A DNA stretch of 64,000 nt, taken from positions 1,347 to 65,346 of the forward strand of contig PCWA01000109.1 in the NCBI GenBank assembly GCA_002796125.1, in the 5' to 3' direction. The DNA comes from Candidatus Ghiorseimicrobium undicola. Lineage in GTDB: Bacteria; Omnitrophota; Gorgyraeia; Ghiorseimicrobiales; Ghiorseimicrobiaceae. Below the pieces are notes generated by a model that saw nothing but the letters and a program-made list of their open reading frames with translations, did no database searches and was not told the origin of the DNA. The position numbers and the translations under genes are program-made. This document shows, one piece after another, positions 10,198-19,870 of this stretch (within the stretch, counting starts at the first letter, position 1; the number at the start of each line of letters is the position of its first letter).

Positions 10198-11256
10198 TTA
10201 TTTTACCAGATCATAGGCTTTTTCAGCTATAAGCAATTCCTCGCGGGTTTTAATTACGCAAACCTTGGGCTTTTTTTTGAAATTATTAAAAAGCCCTCTA
10301 CTAATAGCCGATACTACAGACCTTTGATTTTCTCCTATACCGCCGCAAAAAACTAATAAATCCACATTTCCCAAAACCGCCGTATACGCCCCAATGTATT
10401 TCCTGATACGATAAACAAAGATATCAAGCGCAAGCTGTGCCCTCTTGTTTCCTTTTAGTGCGGCCTTTTTTATATAACGCATATCATTTGTTATGCCGCT
10501 TATTCCTTTTAACCCGCTTTCCCTGTTTAAAATCTCATCTATTCTTCCCGGGCGCAATTTTTTAAGGCGCATAATGTAAGTTATCAGAGCGGGATCCAAA
10601 TCTCCGCACCTGGTACCCATAAGCAGCCCTTCTAAAGGGGTAAAACCCATGCTTGTATCTACCGAACTGCCCTTGTATATAGCGCTGATACTGGCTCCAT
10701 TACCTAAATGGCAACTGATTAAATTTATTTTATTTAAGGGCTTATTTAATATACGGCGCGCTTCATGAAGCATGTACTCATGGCTTATCCCATGGAACCC
10801 GTATTTACGAATTTTAAACTTTTTATAATAGTCATAAGGCAAGCCGTAAATATAAGCATGCTCAGGCAGTGTTTGATGAAACGCCGTATCAAAAACAGCT
10901 ACCTGAGGAACATTTTTTAAGACCTGCTTACAGGCAATTATTCCGGAAAGATTAGCCGGGTTATGCAAAGGAGCCAAAGCAGAAAGCGCCCTTATGTTTT
11001 CTATTACCTTCGAATTTATAATAGTGGGGCTGTGAAATTTCTCGCCTCCGTGCACTACGCGATGGCCAACGCACGAAATATAGCCCAGCTTTTCTAAAAT
11101 TAACTTAAGCCCCTGCTTGTGATCCCTTATCAAAGAACCCTTCTCTCCTATTTTATCTATATGCCCCTTTTTAAGTACCGCTTTCTGCGGCATCAAAAAT
11201 AATTCATATTTAATGGAGGAGCTGCCGCTGTTTATAACTAATATCTTCATGCTCAT
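10198..11256 (-). CDS. ackA: Acetate kinase
   Basis: 352 aa; ASKHA acetate/propionate kinase motifs (LVINSGSSSIKY, HLGNGASI). Confidence 0.85.
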   Translation of the reverse strand: MSMKILVINSGSSSIKYELFLMPQKAVLKKGHIDKIGEKGSLIRDHKQGLKLILEKLGYISCVGHRVVHGGEKFHSPTIINSKVIENIRALSALAPLHNPANLSGIIACKQVLKNVPQVAVFDTAFHQTLPEHAYIYGLPYDYYKKFKIRKYGFHGISHEYMLHEARRILNKPLNKINLISCHLGNGASISAIYKGSSVDTSMGFTPLEGLLMGTRCGDLDPALITYIMRLKKLRPGRIDEILNRESGLKGISGITNDMRYIKKAALKGNKRAQLALDIFVYRIRKYIGAYTAVLGNVDLLVFCGGIGENQRSVVSAISRGLFNNFKKKPKVCVIKTREELLIAEKAYDLVK

Positions 11257-11257
11257 T

Positions 11258-12190
11258 TTATTCTTGCGACCTTATGGCTGTAATTGCAACGCAATCGACC
11301 ACATCATCCGCGCTGCAGCCGCGGGATAAATCGCAGCAAGGCTTTTTCAACCCCTGCAGTATCGGCCCTATAGCGCGGGCGCCTGAAAGCCGCTGTACTA
11401 ACTTATAACCTATATTCCCTGAATTCAGGTCGGGGAATATCAAAACATTAGCCCTGCCTTCTAAAACATCATAGGCATTTTTTATCTTGGCTACTTCGGG
11501 AACTATCGCGCTATCAGCCTGCATTTCTCCATCTAATAATAAATCCGGGTTAATTTCCTTTGCCAGGCGCGTAGCTTCCTTTACTTTTTCCAGCAAAGGA
11601 TGCCTGCTTGAACCTTTGGTCGAAAAACTAAGCATAGCAACTCGGGGCTCAATAGACAAAATTTTTTTCGCTAAGTCTGCGGTTGAAAGCGCTATATGGG
11701 CGAGCTGTCTGGCATTGGGATCAGGCACTATCCCGCAATCAGCAAAAAATAATAAACCATTCTCGCCAAAAGATTGGTCCGAAACCGACATTATAAAGCA
11801 GCTGGATATAACACTAAAACGCGCATCCAAACCCACGCAATATATCGCGGCCCTGGCGACATCGGGTGTCGTATGTGAAGCGCCGGCAACAAAACCATCA
11901 GCAAGGCCGGCCCTAACCATCATTGCGGCATAATAAACCGGCGAAAACATTACACGCTCAGCCTCCTGACGGCTAATACCTTTAGCCTTGCGTATTTCAT
12001 AAAATGAATCCGCATATTCTTTGATTTTTTCTTTTTCCATATTACTCTTACTTAAAAGAATCACTTCGGCAATATTCTCTTTTCTTATGATATCGGCTGC
12101 CTTTATCACCCTTTGATCATCCGCCTCGGGCAGAATTATGCGTTTTTTATTTTTCTTTGCCTTTTCCCTGATAAAGTTTTCGATGTCCAT
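11258..12190 (-). CDS. pta: Phosphate acetyltransferase, catalytic PTA_PTB domain (C-terminal half of a long-form Pta)
   Basis: 310 aa PTA domain; separate ORF starting 8 nt after the stop of the upstream N-terminal-domain ORF. Confidence 0.8.
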   Translation of the reverse strand: MDIENFIREKAKKNKKRIILPEADDQRVIKAADIIRKENIAEVILLSKSNMEKEKIKEYADSFYEIRKAKGISRQEAERVMFSPVYYAAMMVRAGLADGFVAGASHTTPDVARAAIYCVGLDARFSVISSCFIMSVSDQSFGENGLLFFADCGIVPDPNARQLAHIALSTADLAKKILSIEPRVAMLSFSTKGSSRHPLLEKVKEATRLAKEINPDLLLDGEMQADSAIVPEVAKIKNAYDVLEGRANVLIFPDLNSGNIGYKLVQRLSGARAIGPILQGLKKPCCDLSRGCSADDVVDCVAITAIRSQE

Positions 12191-12198
12191 ATGTTAGT

Positions 12199-13299
12199 TT
12201 ATATATCCGCGGATATTCTTTCCAAATCCACATTGTTTTTTACCAAATTAATTATCTCTTCAATCTTCTCATTATCCTGCGGCCTTATCTTGATAGTTAA
12301 ATCATGTATGATAGAGGCTACTTTGTAAGTATCAAGGCTGGATAAAAGAATAGGCACGTTTATTGACTGAGCAAAATCAATAATTGTTTTGTGCGGGATG
12401 ACGCCTCCGGAAAGAACTATGCCGGAAACATTGATACATCCCTTTATCTGTGAGCTATGGCAATTTAAAGCCGTCATGATCATATCTTCTCTGTCTCCCG
12501 GAGTAATCATCAAGCACCTATCAGAGATATAATTTAACGCGTCATGCGGGCCCATGGCGCCTACGATAATTTTCATCACGACATTATTCAGGCCCTCTTC
12601 TCCGCAAATCAATTTAAAATCCGCCTCCTCCGCAACCTGTCCTATGGTAGGAGCGCAAAGGCGGGGATGATACGGAATCACACCCAACACATCTATGCCT
12701 TTCCTGCTTAAACCCTTGCGTACCAATTTATTAATCTTATCAAACTTATCCGGCATTATTTTATTTATAATTACTCCCAGAAGCCTGACTCCGCAGGAAT
12801 CAAAAAGCGTTTTATTCAAAACTATTTCATCTATCGGCCTGCCTATCCCTCCGGAAGAGACCAAGATCACCTTAGCGCCCAATAACTTTGCTACATAAGC
12901 GTTGGAATGGTCGAATACACTGCCCACTCCCGCATGCCCCGTACCTTCAATCACCACGAAATCCTTTTGGGCAGCTATACGCTCATAGGAAGCCAGTATA
13001 CGTTCGGTAATCGCCTCCTTGTTTGGATGCAGGATATATTCTTCGGTAAATCCTTTTTCGACTGCGACAGGGCTCATATCCTTGAGCCCGCATTTGATAC
13101 CGCAGACCTCTTCTATCAAGACCGAGTCTTCATCCACTTTTACGCCTTCTTCAATAAGGTATCTCTGCCCTATAGGCTTTATAAAGCCGATTTTTTTATA
13201 CATTTTGCTGAAGTTAGAAATAAGGCCTAAACACGTGGTGGTCTTGCCGTCATTCTGGCGCGTTGCGGCAATAAATATATTTTTATGATTATTGCTCAT
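12199..13299 (-). CDS. Pta N-terminal domain protein (P-loop CobQ/DRTGG-type regulatory half of long Pta)
   Basis: 366 aa; GKTT P-loop, matches the N-terminal half of E. coli-type Pta; own stop (TAA) at 12199. Confidence 0.7.
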   Translation of the reverse strand: MSNNHKNIFIAATRQNDGKTTTCLGLISNFSKMYKKIGFIKPIGQRYLIEEGVKVDEDSVLIEEVCGIKCGLKDMSPVAVEKGFTEEYILHPNKEAITERILASYERIAAQKDFVVIEGTGHAGVGSVFDHSNAYVAKLLGAKVILVSSGGIGRPIDEIVLNKTLFDSCGVRLLGVIINKIMPDKFDKINKLVRKGLSRKGIDVLGVIPYHPRLCAPTIGQVAEEADFKLICGEEGLNNVVMKIIVGAMGPHDALNYISDRCLMITPGDREDMIMTALNCHSSQIKGCINVSGIVLSGGVIPHKTIIDFAQSINVPILLSSLDTYKVASIIHDLTIKIRPQDNEKIEEIINLVKNNVDLERISADI

Positions 13300-13339
13300 A
13301 AGCTAAATTATATAACCCTTGGCAACTCCCAGCTTCATA

Positions 13340-13660
13340 TTATAAGCTCGAATCTATTTTCTGCTTTAACTGTTGCTTGCTTAATGCGCCGACAACCTGA
13401 TTTACAACCTTGCCGTTTTTGAATATTACCAAAGTAGGCACGGACATTATCCCGTAATTAGAAGCCGTGTCCTGGCCTTCGTCTATATCAAGCTTGCCTA
13501 CCTTTAAACGGCCTTTGTATTCTTCGGCTAGTTCCTCAACTATAGGCGCTATTGCCTTACACGGCCCGCACCACGAAGCGGAAAAATCAACCAATACCGG
13601 CAAGGCGGAAGAAACAACTTCCTGATTAAAATTTCCATCACTAAGATGAATTAAAGACAT
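13340..13660 (-). CDS. trxA: Thioredoxin
   Basis: WCGPCK active site; likely start at MSLIHL (GGAGGGA SD upstream) rather than the ORF-track start at 13687. Confidence 0.85.
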   Translation of the reverse strand: MSLIHLSDGNFNQEVVSSALPVLVDFSASWCGPCKAIAPIVEELAEEYKGRLKVGKLDIDEGQDTASNYGIMSVPTLVIFKNGKVVNQVVGALSKQQLKQKIDSSL

Positions 13661-13812
13661 ACTCCCTCCATTAATAAAGTTTATCAATATTTAAACAAGA
13701 ATAGGAATTGCCAGAAGGTTATTGCCTATATGAAATAGAGGCAAGGAGTTTCTGAGCGTAAAAAAATATAATAGCATAAAATAGCCTTTATTTCAATATT
13801 CAAATCCGGCAC

Positions 13813-14049
13813 GGTAGTATGCGGAAAATTGTGTAAATTCGCCTGCTGGCTTGGGCTGATTTTGAGCAGGGCGTAACGCAGGCCGAGCAGGCAAGGTTCG
13901 CCTTTGATTGCATATTGGCGAGAGCGAGGCCGAGTAGCCGAGCGCGATTTTCCACGCTGGGGAAAATCGCGCGTCCCCGCGAAAAATAAGGCCAAGCCAG
14001 CGGCCATGTTAATCCGCTATAATTTACACAATTTATTCTACACAACCAA
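13813..14049. mobile_element. Non-autonomous MITE-like element with IS256-family-like terminal inverted repeats and a GC-rich palindromic core
   Basis: Left end ggtagtatgcggaaaattgtgtaaatt (13813-13839) and right end aatttacacaatttatt (14021-14037) mirror the IR pattern ggtagtat...aattgtgtgtaaatt / aatttacacaatttatt at the ends of the IS at 28911-30276. Flanked by 12-bp direct repeat ccggcacggtag (13806-13817, 14050-14061). Core is ~55% GC against a ~38% genome. Confidence 0.7.
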
Positions 14050-14086
14050 CCGGCACGGTAGCATTTATTAATAAGACAACTGCGCG

Positions 14087-15082
14087 CTATTTCACGCTAT
14101 ACAAACAAACCCTGTTTTTGCCTAGATTCTTCGCTTCATAAAGCGCCCTGTCGGCCTTATCCATCAAATCTTTATCGCTTTGCGCATCAATGGGAAAGCT
14201 GGTAATTCCTATGCTTATAGTCGCCCTTAAAACAGTATCGTAGGCTTTTATAACGTTATCTTCCACTGCCCTTCGTATGCGCTCAGCGGCAAACAAAGCC
14301 GCCTGCTTATCCGTCTCCGGAAGTATGAGTATAAATTCTTCCCCCCCAAACCTGCCTAATAAATCTATAGATCTGATGTTTTCCTTTATTACAGACGATA
14401 CCGCCACCAAAACAACATCGCCTATCAAATGCCCAAGCCGGTCATTATATTCTTTAAAATTATCTACATCAATCATCACGCAGGAAAGGAAAAGATTATT
14501 ATGCCGGCAGCGTAAAACCTCTTCCTTGAGACGCTCCAGGCAATGACGCTTAACTAGAACCTGTGTAAGGTTATCGGTTATTGACAATTCCTGCATTACC
14601 TGATAAAGCTCCGCCCGTTTCCGGACCAAAGCAAATTGATTAGCAAGAATCTTAAATTTATCCTTATTGCCGCCTTCTAAGCCTTTTACGGCTAAAGCTT
14701 CCATGCCCTGATTTTCCAAGCTAAGCGGAAAAACGAAATAACAATTATCTATTTTTTCAAGCTCCTCTCTATTCAATAATAAGCATTCCGCGATGCCTAA
14801 AACCGATTTTAAAATATTCTTAAATATAATAAATATTTTATTCTTGTCCAATGTTTTTGATATGTCTTTTACGACTTTATAAAGCGTTGTAACATTCCGG
14901 TATTCTTCTTCTAAAAGCAAAGATTGGCTTCTTATGCTCTTTAACTTATCCAGCATCGTATTATATTCATTCCGGTATTTTTCAAATTCAGCATTCTGCC
15001 TCAAGGAAAAATTCCTGCCTGCTTCCCTTACCTGCAAAATAACAACCAGAGATAAAATTATAACCGCAATTAAGAAAAACAT
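14087..15082 (-). CDS. Diguanylate cyclase (TM + coiled coil + GGDEF)
   Basis: 331 aa; GGEEF active site, N-terminal TM helix. Confidence 0.8.
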   Translation of the reverse strand: MFFLIAVIILSLVVILQVREAGRNFSLRQNAEFEKYRNEYNTMLDKLKSIRSQSLLLEEEYRNVTTLYKVVKDISKTLDKNKIFIIFKNILKSVLGIAECLLLNREELEKIDNCYFVFPLSLENQGMEALAVKGLEGGNKDKFKILANQFALVRKRAELYQVMQELSITDNLTQVLVKRHCLERLKEEVLRCRHNNLFLSCVMIDVDNFKEYNDRLGHLIGDVVLVAVSSVIKENIRSIDLLGRFGGEEFILILPETDKQAALFAAERIRRAVEDNVIKAYDTVLRATISIGITSFPIDAQSDKDLMDKADRALYEAKNLGKNRVCLYSVK

Positions 15083-16359
15083 ACTTTATTTCTTCCCGCG
15101 CTCTTTGCCCGATAAAGGCGCTTATCTACCACCTGTAATAATTTTTCTCCCGATAATCCGTCTTCGGGAAAACTACATAATCCGATTGACATGGTGGCGG
15201 AATTTTTCATTCTGCGTAAAACTATCTCTCTTTTTTCCACGCTCTTCCTTATTTCCTCCGCAACAGCCCTTGCCTGTTTTTTATCAAAGCCGCTCAGAAG
15301 TATAATAAATTCCTCTCCTCCGTAACGGGAAATTATTGATTTTCCTTTTGGAGAACACCGGCGCAAACATGCCGCTATCTCTGTCAATAAAATATCACCG
15401 GCTATATGGCCGAATTTATCATTATATTTTTTAAAGTTATCTACATCGGCCATGATTAAGGAAAAAACCGCCTCTTCCTTACCGGATTGTTTTATTTCTT
15501 CGTTTAAGCATACCATAAAATACTGCCTGAGATAACAACCTGTCAAGCCGTCGGTTATGGCTAATTGCTGTGTATATTGATAAAGGCGCGCATTGTCTAT
15601 GGACAAAGCGGCTATGTCAGAAAAAGCGCGGAGATACCTTAAGTCCTCAGAAGAAAACCTTTCCCTTTCGCTGTGTTCTGCGCGTAATATACCTATAATT
15701 CTTTTACCTACAAACAAAGGAACGCTTATCAAGGACCCCAAATAACGCCGTAAAGCATAATTTTTATCTATGTTAAAACGGAAATCGCCATTAACATCCT
15801 CAACTAGAAGCGGCATCTGATGTTTAAAAACCCAACTGTCAAAAATATCGGCGCCGATATCCTTGGCCGGATAATTTTTAGCGCCCAAAGATTTATAAAC
15901 AGTCAAGGCCTGTTTTTGCGTATCCAAAAGATATAAAACAACTCTTCCGTTAGAATTTGCGACCAAAGCATAAATCCGCTCAATTATAATTTTAGCCGTG
16001 CGTTCCAGTGAAAGCGACTGCATTAGTATCTGCATGAGATTCTGTAACTGGCTATACCTGCCGATCTTATCTGAAAGCACGGAAAGCCTATAAGACTCTT
16101 TTTTCGCTTCCTCTTCTAATATGTTTATTTTTTCCAGAAGCTTATCTTTTTCAAATGATATGTTATTATTTTTGCTGCGGTTAAAAGCGTGAATAAAATA
16201 GCAAAAAAGGATGGTAAGTAAATATGCGGAGAGAAAAAATTTAACCAGGCCGGGATAGAATTTAATCCCGTAATATATAGGAATTACAAAGTAGGAAACA
16301 AGAAAGAAAAGATAATATAATCTGTTGTTAAATAATAGTTTCTTCTGTGGCCTTATCAA
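15070..16359 (-). CDS. Diguanylate cyclase (TM + GAF + GGDEF)
   Basis: 429 aa; GGEEF motif, GAF-like middle region, two N-terminal TM helices. Confidence 0.8.
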   Translation of the reverse strand: MIRPQKKLLFNNRLYYLFFLVSYFVIPIYYGIKFYPGLVKFFLSAYLLTILFCYFIHAFNRSKNNNISFEKDKLLEKINILEEEAKKESYRLSVLSDKIGRYSQLQNLMQILMQSLSLERTAKIIIERIYALVANSNGRVVLYLLDTQKQALTVYKSLGAKNYPAKDIGADIFDSWVFKHQMPLLVEDVNGDFRFNIDKNYALRRYLGSLISVPLFVGKRIIGILRAEHSERERFSSEDLRYLRAFSDIAALSIDNARLYQYTQQLAITDGLTGCYLRQYFMVCLNEEIKQSGKEEAVFSLIMADVDNFKKYNDKFGHIAGDILLTEIAACLRRCSPKGKSIISRYGGEEFIILLSGFDKKQARAVAEEIRKSVEKREIVLRRMKNSATMSIGLCSFPEDGLSGEKLLQVVDKRLYRAKSAGRNKVCFS

Positions 16360-17431
16360 AGAAATGCACCTTGTTCATATCAAAAACCAATTCCATATCC
16401 TGTCCTACCTGCGGTTTATCATGCCCGCCAACCCTGGCAATAAATGTGTGCTTGCCGGTATTAAGATAAAGATACACCTCGGAACCCATGGGTTCTATAA
16501 CTTCACAGCTGGCCTTTACGATATTTTCCGGAGGCGCATCTGAAACGAATAATTTATCATAAATATTTTCGCACCTAATTCCCATGATTATTTCCTTATT
16601 TAAAAAATCGGCCAGTTTATTTTTCATACTGTCAACTATCTTGACTAAAATCCTGCCTTCTTCAAAATAAATTTTGCCGTTCTTTTTTATCAGCCTGCCC
16701 GACATAAAATTCATCGGTGGTGAACCAATAAAACTAGCCACAAATTTATTTTTCGGCCTATCATATACATCTACAGGGGCGTCAACCTGTTGCAAAATAC
16801 CGTCCTTCATTACGGCAATCCTATCGCCCAAAGTCATGGCCTCAACCTGATCATGGGTTACATAAATCATTGTGCTTTTAAGGCGCGCATGCAATTTATG
16901 CAACTCTGTTCTCATTTGAGTGCGTAATTTTGCGTCTAAATTGGATAAAGGCTCATCAAATAAAAAAACCAGCGGTTTTCTTACGATCGCACGCCCTACT
17001 GCCACGCGCTGGCGTTCGCCGCCGGAAAGCTCCCTGGGATGCCTTTCAAGCAGCTTTTTTATACCCAGAATATCGGCTGCTTCATTCACGCGGTTGACTA
17101 TCTCCTGCTTGGGATAACGCCGGAGCTTAAGCCCGAACGCCATATTCTCAAACACGGTCATATGCGGGTATAAAGCGTAATTTTGAAATACCATCGCGAT
17201 ATCCCTGTCTTTGGCCGGTATATCGTTAACAAACCTGTCGCCGATATAAAGCTTGCCTTCCGAAATTTCTTCCAATCCCGCGATCATTCTCAACGTAGTA
17301 GATTTACCGCAACCGGAAGGGCCGACTAAAACCATGAATTCCTTATTTTCTATTCCAAGGCTTATATTATCTACGGCCTTAACCGCCCCAGCATAAACTT
17401 TACTTATATTGCGCAAACTTACCTGTGCCAT
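16328..17431 (-). CDS. ABC transporter ATP-binding protein, MalK/UgpC family with C-terminal TOBE domain
   Basis: 367 aa; Walker [10 protein letters not shown], signature [14 protein letters not shown], Walker [11 protein letters not shown]. No adjacent permease genes. Confidence 0.85.
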   Translation of the reverse strand: MAQVSLRNISKVYAGAVKAVDNISLGIENKEFMVLVGPSGCGKSTTLRMIAGLEEISEGKLYIGDRFVNDIPAKDRDIAMVFQNYALYPHMTVFENMAFGLKLRRYPKQEIVNRVNEAADILGIKKLLERHPRELSGGERQRVAVGRAIVRKPLVFLFDEPLSNLDAKLRTQMRTELHKLHARLKSTMIYVTHDQVEAMTLGDRIAVMKDGILQQVDAPVDVYDRPKNKFVASFIGSPPMNFMSGRLIKKNGKIYFEEGRILVKIVDSMKNKLADFLNKEIIMGIRCENIYDKLFVSDAPPENIVKASCEVIEPMGSEVYLYLNTGKHTFIARVGGHDKPQVGQDMELVFDMNKVHFFDKATEETII

Positions 17432-17478
17432 TTCTCCTCACTTCTTTCGAAAGCAGACGATTTTTAGTTATTGATTAC

Positions 17479-17621
17479 TAGTGCACTGTAAAATTAATTC
17501 TTGAACAATAGAGCAATAGAAAATAGACCGCAATTGAGCTTTTGCTTGTCTATTGTTCTACTCTCTATTGCTCAATTGCTCTGCGCGCTGTCCTATTAAA
17601 AATTAAATTAACAGCGCACTA
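17479..17621. repeat. Structured ~140 bp repeat, copy B (inverted relative to 3899-4038)
   Basis: Terminal inverted repeat tagtgcactgt (17479-17489) / acagcgcacta (17611-17621); internal palindromes as in copy A. Confidence 0.85.
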
Positions 17622-17651
17622 GCTACTGGCTGCTTTAAATATTATATGTCA

Positions 17652-18491
17652 TTATGTCAGATAGTCAAGCAGCTGGCTTAATATAGTTTTCAGATTTTTC
17701 CGCTGCACTATCATGTCTATCAAGCCGTGTTCCAGTAAAAATTCCGCCTTTTGAAAACCATCGGGAAGTTTTTGCCGGATGGTCTGCTCTATTACGCGCG
17801 GCCCGGCAAAACCGATAAGGGCTTTAGGCTCGGCTATAATAATATCGCCTAAACCGGCGAATGATGCCATAACCCCTGCCATAGTCGGATTCGTCAATAT
17901 AGAAATATAAAGCAAGCCTTTTCCCTGATGCCTCGCTAATGCCGCAGACGTCTTAGCCATCTGCATCAGGCTAAACATGCCTTCATACATACGCGCCCCT
18001 CCACCCGAACCTGAAATGATAATTATAGGCAACCCTTTACGGGTAGCATATTCTATGGAGCGGGTAACCTTATCCCCCACCACCGAACCCATTGAACCCA
18101 TTATGAAACGGGAATCGGTAGCGGTAAGCACCACAGCATAACTTGACAATTTCGCCTGGCCGTAAATACATGCCTCGGATAAACCGGTAAGCTCCTTATC
18201 CTGCTCTAGTTTTTCCTTATAAGTCTTTGGGCCTTTAAATTCCAGGGGATCAAGCGATTCCACATTTTTGTCAAATTCTTCGAATCTTCCGCCATCCGCT
18301 AATGATAAAATGCGCTCATAAGCCGTTAAAGAAAAATGATAGCCGCATTCAGGGCAAACCTTCAAATTTTCATCCAGCGTTTTGTTATAAATAGGCTGCA
18401 GGCAGTCCTGGCACTTAGTCCATAAGCCGTCAGGCATTTGTTTTTTCTTAGTGCGTACAATCGTATATTTAGGTTTTCCGAATAAAGACAT
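17652..18491 (-). CDS. accD: Acetyl-CoA carboxylase carboxyltransferase beta subunit
   Basis: 279 aa; N-terminal CxxC...CxxC zinc ribbon plus carboxyltransferase domain. Confidence 0.85.
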   Translation of the reverse strand: MSLFGKPKYTIVRTKKKQMPDGLWTKCQDCLQPIYNKTLDENLKVCPECGYHFSLTAYERILSLADGGRFEEFDKNVESLDPLEFKGPKTYKEKLEQDKELTGLSEACIYGQAKLSSYAVVLTATDSRFIMGSMGSVVGDKVTRSIEYATRKGLPIIIISGSGGGARMYEGMFSLMQMAKTSAALARHQGKGLLYISILTNPTMAGVMASFAGLGDIIIAEPKALIGFAGPRVIEQTIRQKLPDGFQKAEFLLEHGLIDMIVQRKNLKTILSQLLDYLT

Positions 18492-18505
18492 TGTTATCGA
18501 TAAAA

Positions 18506-19870
18506 TTATTCCTGGCCGTCGAATTTATAGATCAATAAACCCGTTGGCAATTTAGGGTAAAAAAATGTTGATTTAGGAGGCAGGCGTACTCCCTGCAAAG
18601 CCAAATCGGCCATTTCTTGAATTTTAACCGGATTAACAAAAAAAGCAAGCATCGCCTCTTTATTATTCACCATATTAATTGCTAAATCCGCGCTATCGGT
18701 ATAAAACAAATTTTCGCTTTTTAAATCTTTTTCTTCGTATTGAAGTATTTTTCCGATGATCAAACGGTTTAAAATTACAACCGCTAATTTTTTATATTCC
18801 CGCGGCTTATTAACATCAATGATTTTATTTATGTCAATCCTGCTTTTAAGCCGCAGCAGGAAAAATTTATTTTCCCGGTACAGGCCTAAAACCTGTTCGT
18901 TCTTAGCGGCTTTGCCCAGCATAATAAATAAATCAGCGCGGTGATCAGCTTTATATATATCAAAATACTCCGCCAGATTATCCATCATTTTATCATAAAT
19001 ATCCTTTTTGACGAATTTAACTACCCGGTGGGTGGGAAGAATAGTCAGGCCGGAAGAATGCATGCCGGTAAAATAAGCCATTACATAATCAGAGGGTAAT
19101 TCCCTGTCCGGATTACCTAATTTCTGGCGCATAAGGCTGCGGAAATTACAAGCAACCTCATAGCGATGATGGCCGTCAGCTATAAAGACATCCGAGAGAG
19201 ATAGGCTTTTTATTATCTGGCTTGTCATCTTTTCATCGGTTATGCGCCACAATTTATGCCTTATTGATTCGCATTCGATTTCCACAAAGCAAGATTGATC
19301 GCGACACTTTTCATAGGCGCGGCTTATAATATGATTTTTGTCTGGAAAAAGCACGAATATAGGGCTTAAATTTGCCTTAACATGGTTCAAAAGCTCTAGC
19401 CTGTCTTCCTTTGGCCCCAATTGCGTATGCTCATGAGCATAAACTTTTCCGCCTTTGGCGGATGGTTCTTTATCCGGGCCAGTTAAACGTAAAAGCGCAA
19501 AAAAACCCATGCGTTTTTTACGTTCTCCGGCATAGGCATAATCTTGTTCGTAAAAATATACGGCATCGGAATTATCTTTTTTTAATACCTCTGATTCTAT
19601 CCATTCGTTAAGTTTTTGGGCGGCATAGGCGTATTTATCTTCCCTGCCACTACGGGATGTTCCTGCATCGGCGCAAGAAAGTGCGTAGGTTTTAGCCAAA
19701 TGCCTTAAGCCGGGTAAAATTAAATGTATGGCGTTATAATCGGTAGAATTGTAGTACTTCAGTCCCGACTTACTGTCAATTACATCATAAGGAGGACATA
19801 TAAGCTTGGATAAATCGCTAAATTTATCCTGATTATAAACAATCGCTTTGAATGGTTTTATATCTGCCAT
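18506..19870 (-). CDS. DUF1015 family protein
   Basis: 454 aa; N-terminal MADIKPFKAIVYN matches the conserved DUF1015 start. Confidence 0.6.
   Translation of the reverse strand: MADIKPFKAIVYNQDKFSDLSKLICPPYDVIDSKSGLKYYNSTDYNAIHLILPGLRHLAKTYALSCADAGTSRSGREDKYAYAAQKLNEWIESEVLKKDNSDAVYFYEQDYAYAGERKKRMGFFALLRLTGPDKEPSAKGGKVYAHEHTQLGPKEDRLELLNHVKANLSPIFVLFPDKNHIISRAYEKCRDQSCFVEIECESIRHKLWRITDEKMTSQIIKSLSLSDVFIADGHHRYEVACNFRSLMRQKLGNPDRELPSDYVMAYFTGMHSSGLTILPTHRVVKFVKKDIYDKMMDNLAEYFDIYKADHRADLFIMLGKAAKNEQVLGLYRENKFFLLRLKSRIDINKIIDVNKPREYKKLAVVILNRLIIGKILQYEEKDLKSENLFYTDSADLAINMVNNKEAMLAFFVNPVKIQEMADLALQGVRLPPKSTFFYPKLPTGLLIYKFDGQE

Noticed and set aside
13726-14045. Two overlapping minus-strand ORFs (93 and 81 aa) in the trxA-GGDEF spacer
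   Set aside because: They lie entirely inside the GC-rich palindromic core of the miniature element and have low-complexity Arg/Ala/Leu-rich translations. I recognise no homology. They are most likely artefacts of the GC island.
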